Source: Channa argus
Taxonomy: Eukaryota
Assembly (NCBI RefSeq): GCF_033026475.1
Contig: NC_090211.1
Location: forward strand, 3,913,726-3,977,725
DNA length: 64,000 nucleotides
Direction: 5' to 3'
The position numbers and the translations under genes were made by a program. Below, piece by piece: positions 61,225-64,000 of this stretch (within the stretch, counting starts at the first letter, position 1; each line of letters starts with the position of its first letter). A model generated the notes under the pieces. That model searched no databases. It was not told where the DNA came from and was given only the letters and a program-made list of their open reading frames with translations.

Positions 61225-64000
61225 TTGAGGGTGCAGACAAACCTAAGTCTTGAAGAAAAAACGTCGAGGCGCCGTCTGAAAATAATGGGGAGGAAAAAAC
61301 AGCTGTGGTGTGTTTTTCTATTTGTTACTTTAACAATTTATTTTGGACTTTCTGTGCCTCCCTCACCAGTTATTCATGCATCAGTAAACATGCAGGATGT
61401 TTTGAATATGGCAGACTAGAAATGTACAGTACATGAAAAGCTTTGCAAAACATAGATGCAATAAAATATGATCACTGAACACAAATAACTTTAAAACTAA
61501 CTTCCATGATGCAATGAACAGATTTTAGTTTTTCGACTTAGACCCATATACATTGCCCTGGGGTGTAGAATTGAACTCCATGAACGCAATATCTTGACAA
61601 GTTAACAACATAACAATGAAGTGTTTGGTAATGAGATAATAATTTCACATGAATTACTAATGATGCAGGAGACATTTGGTCATAATTTTGCAATTCCAAG
61701 AAATTAAGATGTTCTAGCCAAAGTTTTGTCTGGAACTCTATTGTCAAAGAAGTTTTGTTTCATCCTCAAAGCTATAAATGTCAGAACATTTGCAGACAAA
61801 TCCTCTTACAGACCTAATATAAAGGCTTCATATTCATCTTTATCTATACAAACTCTAAAAATTCCCAGCTCTTAGTGTTATGTAATGCTTCCACGTCATG
61901 TAAAAGAGCAGCCAGCAGCAGTGATCCCCATGAGATTTACTTTTCAGAACTCAGTTTAAAACAGATTTGTATTTTGTTTTTAATAATGCTTTTGTTTTCT
62001 ATTTTAAATGAAGAGAAGGGAGAGTTATTCAGTTATATAAACAATTAAAACGCAGACTTCCCACAATATCGCAATATAGGCTATATTCAGATATGTTTGC
62101 TTTTCTGTGTAATAACTGCAGTGTTATTTAAAAGCTTGAGGGTGAGTCAGGAGGTTTGAGAAAGAATATTAAAACTGCAGCACTGGAATGAAGAACATTA
62201 TTATGTTTGCTTTTACTTTGGTGTCAGAAACTGACTTGTCTTTGGATCCCGGCTGTCAGAACAAACTGAAGGTGCAGAGTACAAAGAGTATGTCCTCACA
62301 TAATAACCGAAACAATAATAATAACTGGATTTCTTTGATACCAAAAACTAAGACGGGCTGAGATCTAAATGTCACATATTTATTTCTCCTATACTGACAG
62401 AAATTCAGTAGTTTTGATAGGTTTGACCTTAAAGAACACATGGAGTTGGCACTTACATACATGTACATGTATGTGTTCACTTGTACATGTTATACTTCTA
62501 GTACACTTTGAACATTGTGTGGTACAACTGAAAGCTTCTAAATGGACCTTGTGGTGAGACTATTTTGTCAAAAAGGGAAAAAAAGCACAGAATTGGGAAA
62601 GTACTGAAGCTAATGAGACATAATAAAAGTTAGAATGATACAATTATACAGACACTGACAACAAAATAACACAACTTGATTATCTTTACAAAAGAAAGAA
62701 GAAAGTTTTCATCACCTCAAGCACAAAATATTTACACTCCAGATCTATACAGTATATGTGGGTTGATAAGCTTCTTTGTTTATTCCTGTGACTCAACGGG
62801 TTCTTGCCGGCATCTGCTGAGGTTTCTGGCTCCTGGTCTTTTGTGTGGGTGGACATCAGCTCAGTCTGTTTTTGATTTAAGTCCCACTCATCATTGGTGG
62901 AGTTTAGTTAGACTCATAAAATCACTAAACGCCTAATTAAATTTGAAAAAGAATACAAAGTTCCAGCTACAGATAATAACAGAAAGAAAGTGATTGTGTA
63001 ACTCGGAAAATGATAAGAGTTTAACATGTTGTAAGTCACCAAACCAACGTGAGTTCATGGAGGTGGACACCCCAACTGAGCTGTGACAGGACCCATCGGT
63101 ACATAAAGGTTTGGTTCGTGCTCAAATAGAAATTCTCTATAAATAGAGAAATAAAAAGAGCACAAACTTGTGTGCGTCAAGTGTGGGTCTGGTTCAGCCA
63201 CCACATCCTCAGGTTTGTGTCAAGGCTCGATCCATACTCTACATTTCACTAAAAACTGTTTTTCTGCAGTGGCCTAAATGCAGCTGCTCCACTGCAGCTC
63301 TTTTTATACCTCAGTCTGCCCATCTTCTATCTTTTCTACATAAATAAATGTCACTGCTTGATTAATTTTGCTCGTCTTTTACCATTATGGATGTGACGAA
63401 TGCAAAGATTCATTGATCTGAGCGACAGCCAGCAGGACAAACGGCTCCTTGAAGAGCTGGTTTGGAGGGAAAGCTGAGTTGCAGCACCTTCACACTCAAT
63501 ATTGTAATGACCTGCCACGACTGGATTGATGAATTCTACTGTTTCTCCCCTGAGGACCACATGCGGCAGCTTGTGTAAAAGCTCTGTAAAAGCTGACAAA
63601 TGCAAAGTCTTTTCTTACAGAGGTAACACTCTATATCACTGTCCGTGTCCTGATGCAGTGCATTTCTGAACAACCTGAGGGGCTTTGAGCTGCAGTGTAA
63701 TTCAAAACGTGTGTAATTTGAAACAGTTTTTCAAAGGACCTCTAAAAATTTGGGATCCCTCCGTATTTTAGAGATGAGTGAGATTACTAGCTCGACAATT
63801 AATGCATCATTTTTTAAAACAAGGATGCTGTAAACTGCATATATTTGGTCCAAAGCTGTTTTTTTTCCAACAGCTCATTTTATCATTTACTCAGATTAGT
63901 GATACAGAAATATTTCTCAACTATCAAAATCTGTATATATACAGTATTTATAGATATTATATTGGGAATATTTTACTGAAAGCAAAGTTGTAAAAAGACA

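Noticed and set aside
63351-63605. 84-aa minus-strand ORF near the window end (MHLSAFTELLHKLPHVVLRGETVEFINPVVAGHYNIECEG...)
   Set aside because: No family recognised. No flanking splice signals that I could phase. It could belong to a gene beyond the window, but that is unsupported.
1-64000. Search for CRISPR arrays, operon-like gene clusters or defence-island-style systems
   Set aside because: The sequence is clearly vertebrate nuclear DNA, with spliced multi-exon genes, Tc1 and SINE repeats and microsatellites. There are no direct-repeat/spacer arrays and no prokaryotic gene organisation.

Overview
This is a vertebrate nuclear genomic window, almost certainly from a teleost fish. The evidence is canonical GT-AG introns, Tc1/mariner and teleost SINE-like repeats, many dinucleotide microsatellites, and a CpG-poor background. 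No tools were run. All gene calls come from reading the six-frame ORF track, finding splice signals by eye, and recalling well-known protein families from memory.

Three protein-coding genes are supported:
- **caskin1 (CASKIN family, + strand, 1061-20954).** The 3' two-thirds of a scaffold gene, with 17 coding exons. They encode ankyrin repeats 3-6, an SH3 domain, tandem SAM domains, a 1.7-kb proline/serine-rich exon and the conserved C-terminal peptide. The gene continues upstream of the window.
- **mvp, major vault protein (+ strand).** A complete gene: a noncoding first exon ending near 24241, a CpG-rich putative promoter around 24060-24340, and 16 coding exons from 25804 to 38042. The predicted product is 876 aa.
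- **prrt2, a PRRT2/dispanin-family gene (- strand, 59455-61224).** Three coding exons, about 222 aa.

The mvp-prrt2 neighbourhood corresponds to human 16p11.2. CASKIN1 is also on human chromosome 16, at 16p13.3.

Downstream of mvp, at 41040-43830, lies a degenerate, internally deleted tandem partial copy of mvp. It retains a 5'UTR-exon copy, intron-1-like sequence, an exon-3 copy that runs into a premature stop, intron-3/4-like sequence, and a last-exon copy plus 3'UTR. A Tc1-like transposon 5' half is inserted into it.

Other content:
- two further Tc1-like remnants, at 2005-2950 and 48240-49075
- several fragments of a teleost-wide SINE-like repeat
- a MITE-like inverted repeat
- a 1.4-kb strand-asymmetric polypyrimidine tract
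- numerous microsatellites

No prokaryotic-style system (CRISPR, operons, defence islands) is present.
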